A stretch of DNA of 64,000 nucleotides from Camelus ferus (lineage: Eukaryota): NCBI RefSeq assembly GCF_009834535.1, contig NC_045696.1:72542001-72606000 (forward strand). Direction: 5' to 3'. This document shows positions 38,230 to 52,221 of the stretch, piece by piece; position 1 is the first letter of the stretch; each line of letters begins with the position of its first letter. The position numbers and the translations under genes were made by a program. Under the pieces are notes generated by a model. The model searched no databases. It saw nothing but the letters and a program-made list of their open reading frames with translations, and was not told where the DNA came from.

Positions 38230-41150
38230 ATTCTTTTTTTTCTGGTATGTACTTAGGAATGGAATTGCTGGGTCAAAGGAAGAGTTCGTTTCTGTAGGAA
38301 ATATCAGATTGTTTTCTGCAATGAGTCTATTAATTTACACTCTGTCATCTGTATACACCTTCCTTTGCTCCACATTCTAGCCAACCCTTGATATTTTTAA
38401 TTTTAGGCAAACCAATGTTCGTAAAATGACATCTTATTGTGGTTTTAACTTATATTTCTCTATTACTAGTAAAGTTGAGCAACTTTTTATTTGTTCCTTG
38501 GCCATGCCTCTTATCTGCACCTGTTGAAATTACCACATGCATTTTTCTTTAACCAGTTAATACAGTGAATTTCAAAAGAGATTTTCCCACGTTTAACTCA
38601 CATTACATTCAAACTATTATGAGATAGTTCTTTTTAAAAATTGCTAGACTTGGTTTAATAATATTTTAGTTAGGGTTTTTATATTTAAGTTCAAGGTGAG
38701 CTTGGTTATTATTTAACTTTTTCTTGTTGTCCTGCCTGATCTGTCCTTGTCACAATGTCTCCATTGCAACCCAGTTGTTCTGTATTTGGAAAGAGACTGG
38801 TAGTTTGTGTTTGAGAGGATTTTGAACTGCTGATTTATTTTCCCCATTATTTTAGAACAATTCACACTTTGAGTAACTGTTGGGTTAGGATTTGTCATTT
38901 TTTCCCCTAGGATTTGTCATTTTTGCTTATTTTTAATTTTTTTATTGGGGTATAATTTATATGTAGTAAATGCATATAGGAGAATTTTAATAAATGTACA
39001 CCTATGTAACCAACACCTATAAAGAGAGAATATTTTCATTACTGCAGAAAGTTCTTTCATGCCATGTAACAGGGAATTCTGCCCTCTATCTATAAGAAAC
39101 ATTTTCTATTCTGATTTCTACCATAGAGTAGTCTTATTTGCTATTGAATTTCATATAAAGGGAATTGTACTGTTTGTAGACTTTTGAGTTTGGATTGTTT
39201 TTCTCAAACTTTTTTTTTTTTTTAGGATTCCTCCATGTTGCTGCATGTATCAATGGTTTGTTACTTTTTATTGCTGAGTAATATTCCATTGTATGGATAT
39301 TCCACAGTTTATTTTTCCCTTCTCCTGTTAATGGACATTTCCATTGTTTCCACTTTGGGCTATTAAAAATAGAGCTGTTGTGAACACTCTTGTGCAAGTC
39401 TCTGTGGACGCGTGTTTTCATTTTTCTTGTATAAATTGCTGAGAGAAGAATTGCTGGGTCATTGGATAGGTGAATGATAAATTTGATCAGAAATTGCCAT
39501 ACTATTTTCCATGATGGTCTTAGGATTTTACATTCCACCAGCAATATAGGAGAGTTCTTGTGCATCGCCTTTTTTGCTAATGTTTCTTATTGTCAGGTTT
39601 TTCAATTTTAACCATTAAAGTGGGTATTTAGTGATATCTCATTATGGCTTTAACTTGTATTTCTCTAACAATGAGCTTCCTTAAGCATCTTTTCATGAGC
39701 ATACTTGTTATTTGTATACTTTTTTGTGAAGATCTATTAAAGCTTTTTTGCACATTTGTAAATTTGGTCTCTTTTTTCTATTAACTGGTAGTTCTTTTTA
39801 TTTTCTGGATACAAGTTCTTTGTCACAAGTATAAATTGTAAATATATTCTCCTAGTTTGTGGTTTGTCTTTTTATTTTCTGAATTGTGTCTTTTGATATG
39901 CAGAGGTTTTTAATTTTGGCAATGTTCAATTTATAAAATTGTGAATTAGTGCTTTTTGTGTCCTTAGAAATCTTTGTACTTACTCCACGATTATCAGCAT
40001 ATTCCCCTGTGTGTTCTATCACATGTATAATTTTGGCTTTCACATCTAGATTTATGACTTATCTTGAAATTATTTTTTTCATGGCATGAGATAGAGGATC
40101 AAGTTTCATTTTTTTCTCCACAAGGATATCATGTTGTTCCAACACTATTTATTGAAAAGACTTTTCTTTCCCTATTGAATTATCTTGCTGTCTTTGATGA
40201 AAATCAATTGACCACAGTTAATGGTGGTCTATTTTTGGACTTTCTATTCTACTCCATTGATATATATGTCTATCCTTAAGCCAATACCACACTTTCTTAA
40301 TCAGTTACTACCATAGTAAGCCCTCAAACTTTGTTGTTTTGTTTTTATCATTGTCATCAATATTTTAGGGTTTTTTTGTATTTCCATCTGTGGCTCCTGG
40401 GATTATGATTGCTGTTGTAATCTGACAACACTGGGCTTCTGATCCTTGAACATGGCATCTCTCCTTGATTTGAATTACTTTTGTCAGCAAAACTTTATAG
40501 TTTTCAGTGTAAAGTTCTTGCACATTTTGTCATATTTATTCCTAAAACTTTTAAAATTTTGATGTTATAGCAAATGGTATTTTAAAAATTTCATTTTCAA
40601 TTGTTTGTTGCTAGAGCATAAAAATGCATTTTCTTTTAGATATTGACTCCTACCCTACAACCTTGTTAAATTCACTTATTAGTGCTAGAAATTTATTTTT
40701 AATTGGATTTTCTACATACAATCATACTGTATGCAAATAAAGGCCATTTTAGTTCTTTTCTTTGTTTTTTCTCCCTTTGCCCTTTTTTTTTTTTCTTGCC
40801 TTATTATAATTCCAGGCTCTCCACTATAATGTTTTTAATGCAAATGCTAAGAATGGATATCCTTGCTTTGCTCTTGATCTTAGGAAGTAGACTTCAAAAT
40901 TTTATCATTAAGTATGTTGACGTTTTTCATAGATGCCCTTTATTAGATTGAGGAAGTTACCTTTGATTTCCAGTTTACTGAGAGTCTGCATCATGAATGA
41001 ATGTTGAATTTTAACAAATGCTTTTTTTCTATATCTATTTGGAATATTCATATGATTTTTTATTATGTTAGTACTGCATATTATATTGATAGATTTTACA
41101 TATTAAATCTACTTGGCATTCCTGGGATAAATTTCACTTGCTTATAGTGT
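38230..41150 (-). mobile_element. Old L1M (L1MB/L1ME-like) fragments including ~2.2 kb of ORF2/3'UTR
   Basis: Track ORF 39134..39565 contains the decayed ORF2 motif [10 protein letters not shown]; 39852..40043 resembles IKNFCxxKDTI; L1 3' end at ~38935. Confidence 0.9.
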
Positions 41151-41799
41151 GTTATAAGATAATGTATTATTCTCTCATTTCTGTCAGTCTTTCAAAGATC
41201 AAATCAACTTTGTAATTTTTATCATAGGGATGGATTTGAGGAAAAAGGTGAAAAACTCCTTTGAGTTCTGTTTTATCACTGACTCTGTATTACTTCTTTA
41301 ATATGGGAAATGTGTTCAGCAGAAGGAAAGCTTCTCATCTATCTAGGTCCCAGCAGGTGGGTGGAGGGTAACTAGAATGACCAAACACTCTGCAAATATC
41401 AAATGGCAGGAAGCATGTCAAAATTAATTCCTTCTAATTTTGCAACTGGACTGTGACTGATGGTTCCACCAAGACCTCACTGAGGAGATCTTAACTGACA
41501 ACTCAACTCCCAAATGCTGGAGTAAACGAGGGTGTTACCAATGCAACCATAGTCTCCTGGCTCTGCTCTGTGTTCACTATCAGACTTACACCAGGACACA
41601 GGAGATGACATAGGGCATATCTTAAAAAAAGGTAAACATTCTATGCAAAGTGTCTCTTTTCCCTATTGTTCAAGTCCTGGCTCCACTATGAATATAGCTT
41701 TGTTTTTTTAAAAACACTTTTTTAATGAGTTACAGTCATGTACATAGCTTTGTTAAAGGACTATTTGAAACAAAACAAAACACAAAAACCATAAGAACA

Positions 41800-42085
41800 A
41801 CATCTATTGCACACTTACCATGCACCTTCCAAAGTGTTTTACATATGTAAATTCATTTAATCCTCACAATTACTCCAAGAAATAGGTATTGTTATTATTA
41901 TCCCATTGTTGCAGAAGAAACTGAGACAGCCCCGGGAGGTTCAGGAATGTACCCACGATCACACAGGTGGAAGTGATGGAGCTGGGATTCAGGAATGTAC
42001 CCACGATCACACAGGTGGAAGTGATGGAGCTGGGATTCCAGACTGGGAAATCTGACTCTAGAGCCCAGAAGCTAAAGCATACCAT
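41800..42085 (-). mobile_element. MIR SINE with an internal 48-bp tandem duplication
   Basis: ttcatttaatcctcacaat...gaaactgagacag MIR core; 41940-41987 is identical to 41988-42035. Confidence 0.9.
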
Positions 42086-42398
42086 GATATTGTGTAGGAA
42101 AGCTTTGAAGCATGCAAATCTTATGCACATTTTGTTATCACTACTATTATTATCACAAACAGACCTTCCTTACATGTAGAAACGTGTCCATTTCTCCATT
42201 AAAAGTTATTTAAGGATGAGTGCGAGGTACTGGACTATGCAGGGAAATCCACAGAAGCCTATAGAACCTCTCAAGCAACTGTGTGATTCGGACAAAATTC
42301 ACCCACGTCTGTTCTATTGCTCACTCCTGTCTGCTGCCTGCTTCTAGACAATTACCTGACTTCTTTAACAATGTAGTTGTGTTCTTTTGTTTTTCCAG

Positions 42399-42441
42399 CA
42401 GAGTTGTAGGAAGGCTCATTGTCTCTTGTCTTCAGCTCCAG
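42399..42441 (+). other. Candidate 43-nt exon with NAGNAG acceptor (unverified)
   Basis: ttcttttgtttttccagcag acceptor and consensus CAG|GTGAGT donor. Confidence 0.3.
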
Positions 42442-45400
42442 GTGAGTGCTGAGGAACTAAAAATGGAACAGCCAATCCTCTTTAGCTCTCTTTGCTGTAT
42501 GTGTGAATTTTAATAAGTATTTTCTGAAGTTAGGCTCCAGCTGTCAAGTAGAAACGTAGTAATAGCAGGCAAGAATCTTACTAAAGGCAAATTCTTGCCT
42601 GGAGGGGTCACCCTGCTCAATGCTTACTCCTTATTCCTTGAAACCTGATCTGGAAGCAAGATTATAGGGGTAACTCATGCTTTCGTCCTTCTTGAGCTGT
42701 AGAGAATACTTTTGTTGGCTCGGTGGCTGTGGTGAGACAGAGGGCACAGTGATCCATGGTGAAGCCCCTTGTAGGTAGAGACTTAAGTTAAGGATGTTTC
42801 GTCTGAACTTTCAGCCTTTACATTCATGCTACAAACATTTTATCATGCTTTGAAAATGGGGTGAGGCTAATTTTCCCCTTGTGATTTTGGCATTTAGGTT
42901 CACATTTGGGAGGTGGGTGCTGAGCTTTAGAGGCAGATGGAAGCTGATTTTATTTATAAGCTGTGTGACTCTTGGCACGTTACTTGTTTATTTTGTAAAG
43001 TGGGATTCATAGCACATTCTGGATTGTGAAGATGCCTAATACATGACATATGAAAGGCATATATATATGACATGTAAGAGATACTCAGTAAATGGTAGCT
43101 ATTATTATTTACTGTAATGCTTAAAAGCTCTTAGGAACCCTACTTTATATTCAATCTATGTAGACATGTCCTAAATTATTCTTTTGCTTGGACTCATATT
43201 TCTAAAATGTTAACTGACCTAAGAAATGGCTTTCCTTTAGGTAGGTGAGACTGTAATCAACTTTGCAGAGATATATAAGAAATACTACAGCAGGGACAAA
43301 CCTTCAAAAGTAGGGTAATGCCAACTTCTTACCCTGGATAGAATGTGTTTATATCCCACTAGTATCATGTATGCCAGTTTATCTTTGAAGCCACTTCACT
43401 TCTCTGTGAGTCATTTTCTACACCTATAAAATGAGAGTGTTAGCTATCTCCAAATTTCCTTCTAGCTCAAACCTCCTATATTAGTTTATTGACGAGGTGA
43501 GACATAGCATGATTCAGGGACTGGGTTTAGGAACTGTGGGTTTTAATTATTAAATTGCTCCCTAAGAAGAAAGTTACTTTCTGTGACCTGTTCCAGGAGA
43601 TAGGAGAAGGCTATAAGTCTCAAGAACAGAGGATTACTATCTTAACCACAAAGCTTTATTGTACAAAAAAACTATAAATTACCTGCAAATTTGAGAAATT
43701 AATTAAACTGCAAGATACTTGTATATTCAAAACATCTCCTGAAGCAAAGAAAATAGGCTGACTTCAGAAATACAGTTTATGACCATTTCCTATGGCTTAT
43801 TCATTTCCCTTTCAAGACACAACCATTGAACACATACATTTATTCCTTGAAAAAATTTTTTTCACACAGGTTATTGGACATAGCCTGAGTATCAAGTAGC
43901 AATAAGCGTTCTCCACCCATACAAGTTGAACAGTGTGACATCATTTATGCTATGAGAAGCTTTGCATTTAGAAAGCCAGAGAAATATAAGTAATTTATTC
44001 TAAAAATTTTTCGGTTGTGTATTTTGTAAATATAACTTTTAACACTACATTAAGCAGGAAATAAGAACAACAACAACAATGATTTTGTTAGCTTCTTGAA
44101 GTCAGGAACTGTCTTATTCATCCTTATTTCCCCAGCACCTGACACAGGCAAGAGGATATTTAAATACTGAACAGAATATTTAGTATTTGTGCCAGGGATA
44201 TTTAAATTGAATTGATTTCTTGAGTTAGTAGAAAATTTCCTCAGGTGTTTTACTAATTTTCTCAAGTCAATATTTTCATGCTGATTATCTCATTTTATCT
44301 AAAAAAAATAAAATTCTATGAGTTATTTTGAATACTAGAAGTAATTCTTCACCTAGAATCTATAATGAATTAAAAGTCCATCTACCCTTTGAGACCAGTT
44401 ATTTCTCTCCAGTTGCAAACATTGAATACTAAAGAACATGTGCTTGGAGAAAGGCAAATTGCTGCTTTCTGGCTATATGAGTTGGAAACTTAACCATCAC
44501 TTAACCACCCAAGCCTCAGTCCCCGTGTTGGCAAAATGTCTTTGTTACTTGTTTTATTCTTGTTTTATTCAGTATTAGACAATATGGATAGAGAACATCG
44601 AACACAATGCCTGGCACATGTGGGAGCTATTAGTACTGTCATTATGAAGCTGTTTGGCTGGCTGGTAAGATAAGACATCTTCTGCAGGAAAATCAAGCGA
44701 GACCTGCTGTGGGTCACTTTATTAAATCTAGACAATATCTCTTTTTGGCTTGAGGATGAAATGTGGAATTTTGGAATTATCCCATGAAGTTAAAAATGTT
44801 CCCCCCCCCCCACACACACCCCTTAAGTTCCTGAGCATCTACTCAGCCTGACCTATTGGGATAAATCAAAGTCAGGACAAGGTCCTCACGCAGAGCTGAA
44901 TGATTCATGTGCAAACTCCTTCTCTGATTCATAACAAGGGAGGAAATCATCCTGTCATTCCCAGAAACCTGCAGAGCCAGCCTCATTTGGCAGAGACTGT
45001 GAGGGCTCCAGCTTCCGGGCACAGAGTTTGGCTGCATTCTGAGTACTTGGTAATGACCAAATTGGTGAGGAATATAGCTCAGCAGCAGGGCTGACGACTC
45101 ATGGAGGTACTGTGGGTAATTAGAGATTCATTACAATCCCATAGTTTGTATCATGGCTCGGGGTCAGCACAGGGTCACTGAACATGGCAAACTTAGGGAG
45201 CTGTGTCTGGAAGGATGACGCCAGCTAGGAGGGGCTGGGAGAGTGGAGCGGACAGGGATGAGGAGCCAGGGGGGCTGGGGCATAGATACACAGCCAGAGA
45301 CTGGCGACAGCCCGGATGTGGGGCAGTGGGCCCCGCGGGCTCTGGGGAAGGGAGCAAAACACAGGCAGCTGAACTGGCTTCCCCACCGCCATCCCTGCCA

Positions 45401-47434
45401 TCTCCAATTAACCTTCTAGGCCAAGGGTTCCCAGAGACTGGCATGTCAGGGGCCAGTCCAATTTCAAAAAATAATTGGGGCCTGACGTAGGGTAGCCAAC
45501 TTTTTATTTTGCAGAGTAAGGACATTGAAAACAAACAAAACAGTTGCCATCCACTATCACCATCATTTCACAAGAGAAAGGGGATTTTTACACTAAATAA
45601 TGTAAGAAGGACATAATCTCAGGATAAATGACAGTCATGTAAATTTAATTAATTTAGCTCACCAAGTTATGGTTATTTTTCTCATTACCATGAAGACTTA
45701 GGAAAACTCTCTTGCAGACTGGCTTTAGGTCTTCCCTCCAGACTTTCCACAATGGCAAGGCCCAGGGAACAGTTTTGTAAAGAGTGTTCATGAGGAGAAA
45801 AATAACACTACAAACTTCATGAACTTCATAAACTTTGGGAAAGAAACTTTACGAAGATTTCTTTAAGGAAAACTTGATGAGAAAAATGACTTCCATCCCC
45901 TCTTTTATACATTCTTTACACTCTCCAGTTAAAGAGGATAAAAGGGAGAAAAGGAAATAAAAAAGGAAAGAAAAGGAAAAGGGAAACTTATCTATTAAAT
46001 CATATCATTATGATGACATTCAAAGTTCTGCTATAAAAATGTTTTGATGGATTTAAACAGGATTTTTGACCACGTATTTCTTCCAGGTGATGTAGCATCA
46101 GTAACTTACACCTGTAGAGCTCTTTCCTATACCTTGTGAAGGACTTTCACATTTATAATCTCATTTTAGTCTCCAAACAAACCCTATATATTTACAATAA
46201 CCCATTTTATGGATGAGAAAACAGGGTAAGATTTGCCCAAAGTTTACACATTTGGTAAATTGTGGAGCTAGACCTTAACCCATGTCCTCGGATTCCAGTT
46301 CTGTGCTCTTTCTCTGTCTGCTCATTAAGAAAAGAATACCTGGACATAATTTTGCCATGCTCTGTCTATTTTATTCTCCAGACCAACAGATCACACTTTG
46401 TGAAAATCTTATAAAGAATCAAAATTTCAGCCATGGTAGACCCGAAATGAAAAGCTATATTCTCAGTCCCAAGACACTCTAATTATGAAGAGTCGGTCAT
46501 CTCAAACCTGGCATATTTAAAGCCACATTTTGATATTCCAAGTGAACTACTTTGTGGGATGGGATTACACAAAAGAGAAAAGCAGAAAGCATTTAGTTAA
46601 CAAACAAAAACAGGTCAGCATCTCACCTGTAGCTGATCTTGTGTTTTCACTTTTAGATTTTTTTCCTTTGAAGAAAGTTTTGAACCTCTTTCTGCTCCGT
46701 CAAATTGACTAATTTAACTTGATGCTAATTTGTTTACAGTCAGAACTAGGAGATGTCTTCTTGTTCTAAAGGATCCTTTCTAAAAGTGGTGGGTGGGGAG
46801 GCTTTGGGACAAGGAAAGTGTGGTTTGGGTGAGGGACAGCTGGGATGTATTTCCTTGTGTGTGTCCACCACCGGCTGCAGGTGGCTTCTGCACCTGCACA
46901 GGCTGAGGGAGCACAGTGACAATGCCTTCTGTGGAACTTGCAGGCCCTCCCTAGGCACGAGGGACAGCTTCCCTCTATCTGTGTTAGGGTCTTCTACACA
47001 TCTCTCCCCTAATAATCATCTAGCTGGAATTGAAATGCTTCTTAAACTCTGGGCCTGCCCGCAACTTTATTTCCCCTCCAATACTAATGAACAACAGTAT
47101 CCAGAACTGATAGAAAAGGAAGAATTAGTTTTTCAGGGAAAGAAAGGCTTTGACCTTGGAGATTAAAATCAGAGATTCTCTTGTCTACATCCCTTTGAAA
47201 TTGTGAAGGGCTTTGTGTTTTGCTTTTGTAGAATAGTAGACCAGCCTTCTAGGTAGGTTGGAACTAATAGCTTCTTAAATTCTAAAATTCTTTGAAAATG
47301 AAAGGAATTGTGTAATTTATGGTTTTTATACACTAATATGTAAGTGTGTCTCATTTGCCTGATTAATGGATCCAAGATATGATTCTAATTAGCTCTTAAC
47401 CCTAAGATTAAAAAATCCTTCATATAAATTCAAG

Positions 47435-47610
47435 TAAGGTTTGTATCTGAATTAGTGGAGGTGCACCAGCGTTAATTTCTGGGTTTTGAGATCATACTAT
47501 GGTTATGTAAGATATAATCGTTGGTGGAAGCTGGGTGAGGGTTACTTGGAAGCTGTACTGTTTTCACAAGTTCTTCAGAGCCTTAACCTCTTTCAAAATC
47601 AAAGTTATTT
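47435..47610 (+). mobile_element. L1M 3'-end fragment (plus strand)
   Basis: gttaatttctgggttttg...tactatggttatgtaagat...ggaagctgggtgaggg resembles the L1MC/MD 3' end. Confidence 0.7.
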
Positions 47611-48304
47611 AATAATTCCCAATTCTTCATGTAGCTTTCTCCTGGAAAGCTAAGAAATCTCCAGGAAGTCAAAGTATCACTGGAAAAGGGCATGTGTCAT
47701 ATATTTATATCCTCAGAATGCTGAGGGTTTTTTTCATCTAGATAGTTCAAAACAATCATCTGAAATATTTCTTTCTGTGGTAATTACCATGTGTTTCATG
47801 AAGAGCTGATTACTTTCTCATATATTAGCAGGCCAAAGGACCTTCAGTTAAAACTAGTAAGATACTTTTCTATTTAAAGAAACTCTATAAAAGAGGCTTT
47901 TGGGAAATAATAATAGTGACACTTGGCCTATAGGCTTCATATACATTATCTCATTTAATCCTCGTAATAGACCTGCAAGGTAGTTATTGTTCCCTTTTTG
48001 AGCTAAAAGACCTGAGATACACGAGACTGAGTAACTGATGCAAGGCTGTCCGGCTGTAAGGGCCAGACTCTCTCCAGAACAAGTTCTTGAAATTCCTCTG
48101 CCACCGCAAAAGTTAGTCACTGGCTGGATTTTGATGAGAAAGTCTATATTTTCTAATTCACTCAGCTATTCTTCTCTTTCCTTCTTTCTCTTCTTTCTTT
48201 CATTTCTTCCATTCTTTTTTTCTTCATTCCGCTATTCTTTACCATACATCCTTTTTGCTGTGGAGGTTTGTTCTACTGTAAATTTACCATCCAGTCATTC
48301 AGTG

Positions 48305-48895
48305 ATTGCCTCATTCATTCAACAAACATTTATGGAACACCTAAAATGTGCCCAGCATATAGACTGCAGCAAAACCAGAAATACAGAATAAAGTCCCTGC
48401 CCTCATGGAGGTAAACAAATTGATATATAAATATTAAAAAAATAGCAATGAGCCTATTGAAGAATAAAGTGAGGGGGTGAGGGGAATGGAGGATGCAGTG
48501 GGAGTGAGGTGGGGATGACGCTGCTGTTTTAGATGAGGGTCAGGGCAGGCCTCTCAGAGGAGGGAGCGGATGAGCAGAGACATGATGAAGTGAGGGGAAA
48601 TGCCACTGGCAAAGGAACAGCAAGTACTCCGGCCCTGAGGAGGGAGGGACAAGGAGAAGCCCAGTGGGGCTGGAGATCAGCGAGCCAGGAGAGTGGGGGT
48701 GGGGGACAGTGGGGAGGTGGCCAGGGCTAGATCACCACAGGGTTTTGTAGCCTGTGGTAAAAGAATTTTGAGTTTTTTCTAAGTGTGATAGGAAGCTACT
48801 GGAAAAAGACCTGGTCAAATTTACATTTGAAAAGAATGACTCGGCTGCTGCCTGGGGAACTGATTGCTAGGGGGCCAGAGTAGAAGCCAGGCGAT
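48305..48895 (-). mobile_element. L2 LINE (L2a-like)
   Basis: tcattcattcaacaaacatttat...gtccctgccctcatggag...gtcagggcaggcctctc. Confidence 0.85.
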
Positions 48896-51421
48896 CACTG
48901 GAGGGGTGGGGGCTGGGGGTGGGGTGGGGAAGGCAAGCTTAGAGGAGGCCGAGGGTTTCCTTCTACCCAGGCTCTAAGATCTATGACTTCCTGACAACAA
49001 ACTCTGATACTGAATGTCTTTTGGCTTAACAATGTCGGGATCCCAGCCTGCCGGAGCTGTGGGCACAGAACAAACAACACATTTTGTATTCTCAGTGTCT
49101 TTGGGAAAGGAAAAAAGCAACGACAGGCAGAAGGGAACAAAGAGTGTGTATGTTTTGCCTTTGTCTCTAAAAGTGGGTAATGTGCCTTCAGTTGCTCTCC
49201 CCCCTTTCAACTCCCATAGCGCTTATTCTGCCTCACTAATTTTTACATAATCACACGTGGCCTTTCTGTGCAGTTTCCTTTAAGGAGACAGAGCTCTTCT
49301 TTCCAAGAATACTAGGAGCTCCTAGGGGCAGATACTGTGTGGATATAGCTCTTACATTCAATAACTGGTTTTTCACAGAGCATCTCCTGAGACTAGAGTA
49401 GTGAAATCTTTCAGAATATTTCAGTGGAAATCATGATAGATAATAAAGTAAGCAGACTTTTCTTCTGACTCTGTTATAAAGACCAAAACCTGTAGCAAGG
49501 AAGAATTAGCAGAGGCTTGAACTGTCTTTTTCAAACTGATTATCAGAACATAGTTTCTACTCTAAGCTTACCAAACTGTTGGCTCTGTTTATCATCCTGG
49601 TGTGAAATACAGAATTCATTCAATCCACAATTTTATATTAGAATCTATTGTTACATAGTCAATTTGTTGGAGTCTAATAAAAAGATTCGTTTATCAATCT
49701 TTTTTTTTCAACTATGTTATTTAGCTAAAATCAGTACCAAAGTTTATTACTGGAAATGATTTCTGCAGACCCACAGTTGTCACTTTATTTTTACAATCTC
49801 ACCTGGCCTGGAAATACTGAGTCTGACCCATTTCTGCTTGCGTTCCATGCTCATGCGACTAAGAAGTGGCCTGCAGTGGTCTGGGCAGGTCTTTTGAAAT
49901 TAATCCACGAGTGTCATTCTGGGCATAGTTAGTTAGGTGTCCAGATGTACAACCGTTATGAGAATGATCTGGTTTAAGGAGTCAAAAGCAACACAAGCAA
50001 AGCATTTAGAGAGTAATCAGGTGCTAACAGAGTAGCACTGACCACATACAATTGAAAGATCCTAGCAGTTTTAGCTAAGAGAGCGAGTGCCCACCTTTCT
50101 TCCATTAGCCTCCATCAGAACCTGGCTAAGAATGACAACTAAATAACAGGTGTACTGAAAAAGGCTATAAACTGAGAGAACTCAAGAAACTCTGTGAATG
50201 ATGATGCCATTATACCCCAAGGAGCCCAGAGGCAGACATTTTACATCACATTGACTCTTCTCTGACAGACACCAGATCTTACTCCTAATACAGCCCTTCC
50301 CCTGAGAGAGAAGCTCTTAAGAGTTGTGGTTGATTGTATGGCCTTTATTCAGTTAATTTTAGTGCATGTTATCTGGGAGAATATTAATTGAGCTAAAGTA
50401 CTTTTTAAATTTACATCTGTAGCTTATAACATAGTATATTCTTAATGTATCCTGATTAAGTTTTTCTTTCAGTTTAAGCAGTTTTATAGATCTCAGGCAG
50501 TGAAACTTATGTGTGGCACAAGGTGCTCTCTTAAGAAGAGCAAGTAGTTGATAAAGAGAGAAACCAAGATGCCAAGGGACAGAGGTTGTGGACGCTCTTC
50601 TAGGATAGTCTTCTGGCTTTGCGAGCTTGGTCCAGTTCATTATGTTGAATTACAACATATTTGTTATGTCACCATTTTGCAAGACCTAATGTTTCGATGG
50701 TACCACCTCCTCTGGGTTGCCGTTCTGAGTTCCCACTGCCTGGAGTGAAGTCCAGCATTCTTAGTGTGGCTTAAAAGGCCTACCTACTGCTTCACACACA
50801 CTGTTTTTGACCTGGGGAAATCTCCAGCTCAGATTCCCTACCCCTCCTTGTGACTCCTTCCCCGACACCACTTGTACCCCTTAATTTGACCTCCCGTTCC
50901 TCACTGTCTGGAGCACACATGAATGTACACACACACCCACACACCCACATACACACACACACACCCAGGTAAGAACTTCTGCCAGCAGTTTATTGTTTAA
51001 TGTTTATCTTCTCTACCAATCCCTGTGCTCCTTAAAGCATGTCACACGCTCTTATTCACTGTTGCGTCACTCCCATCTCAAACAGCGCTAGGAACATAGT
51101 TGCTTAATTAAGGGATACATGAGTGAATACAGAGTGTCACTATGATGTTTATGGTGTTCAGAACTTAGTGACTTTCCTGATCACTCTATTATGGGGGCTT
51201 TTCTTTATCTTAGTTAAAAGTTAATAGTACTAAAATTTTTTCAATTAAAAAAAAAAGTTTATAAGCATCAGTTAGGATTCAAGAGTCAACAGAGTCAGAG
51301 GCCTCATACCTGGAAAGAATGTCGTTGCTAGAAGAAGTACTATAAAAGCCTCAAGTCCTATCAGTAGCAAACATTCTTCACTTTTTGCAAACTCCTTAAG
51401 AAGAGTTACTGTATGTTTTAG

Positions 51422-51502
51422 GCCTTGGTGGACATCGAAATAGAGAGCATATCCGGGACATCTGAAGATGTAACACTTGCCATTTCAGTCAGCCAGCCTA
51501 GG
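51422..51502 (+). other. Candidate 81-nt exon (unverified)
   Basis: tgttttag acceptor and AGG|GTATGT donor; only phase 0 is open (ALVDIEIESISGTSEDVTLAISVSQPR). Confidence 0.25.
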
Positions 51503-52221
51503 GTATGTAGTCATTTTGCAATTTTTCTGAGGCACAAAATTGAGTCACATGATCTGTGCATCTGGGTTGTGAAAACGAATCATTTTTGTGTTTTTCTACT
51601 CATTATTTAATACAGTAACTCTGAAGAATTAAAAATAAACTTTATTTATATAACAATACCCAATGTATGAGAAATAGACATATGACAATTGAAAAGGCAG
51701 TGTATTTGTTGTGTGAAGATATGCACAGAAAATAATTTATGGGACATCCAGGATCATTCCATTTTCCCTAGCTAGGGGTTATTGGGGACTTGGGCTACAT
51801 CCCTTATGAATGTCAGGGGTCTCATACACACATCTGACATTTTAGCAGAATGTAACTGTCAACCCAGGATGGAGAGAGTTGTTGCCACTGATAATACATT
51901 GGCACATTTTCCTGTGCTTGAAAAATATATTTAAGTATACATTAGCTGGAAAAAGCATTGACAACAAACTATTATTTTGTGAAGGACCAGAAAGCATTTT
52001 GGATGCTCTAGCAAAATATTGGCCAATTTAATCATCTTAATTTGTCTAGGCTTGGGGTGGACTAGAATGATTTTTTTGATGTATCATTACCCGGTTCTTC
52101 TGGGACGTGGGGCTTTTCTCTTCTCTCACTCTGCCCCCGTCTCTCCCTTTGCAGAGCTAGTACCCTTGGACATTGTTCCATCATGAAAATGGGCATAGTC
52201 TTGTCTTTGGTGATTCAAAAG

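Noticed and set aside
45193..47166. 95-137 aa ORFs in the GC-richer patch
   Set aside because: Non-ATG starts, no recognisable domains or splice structure; such lengths are expected by chance at higher GC.
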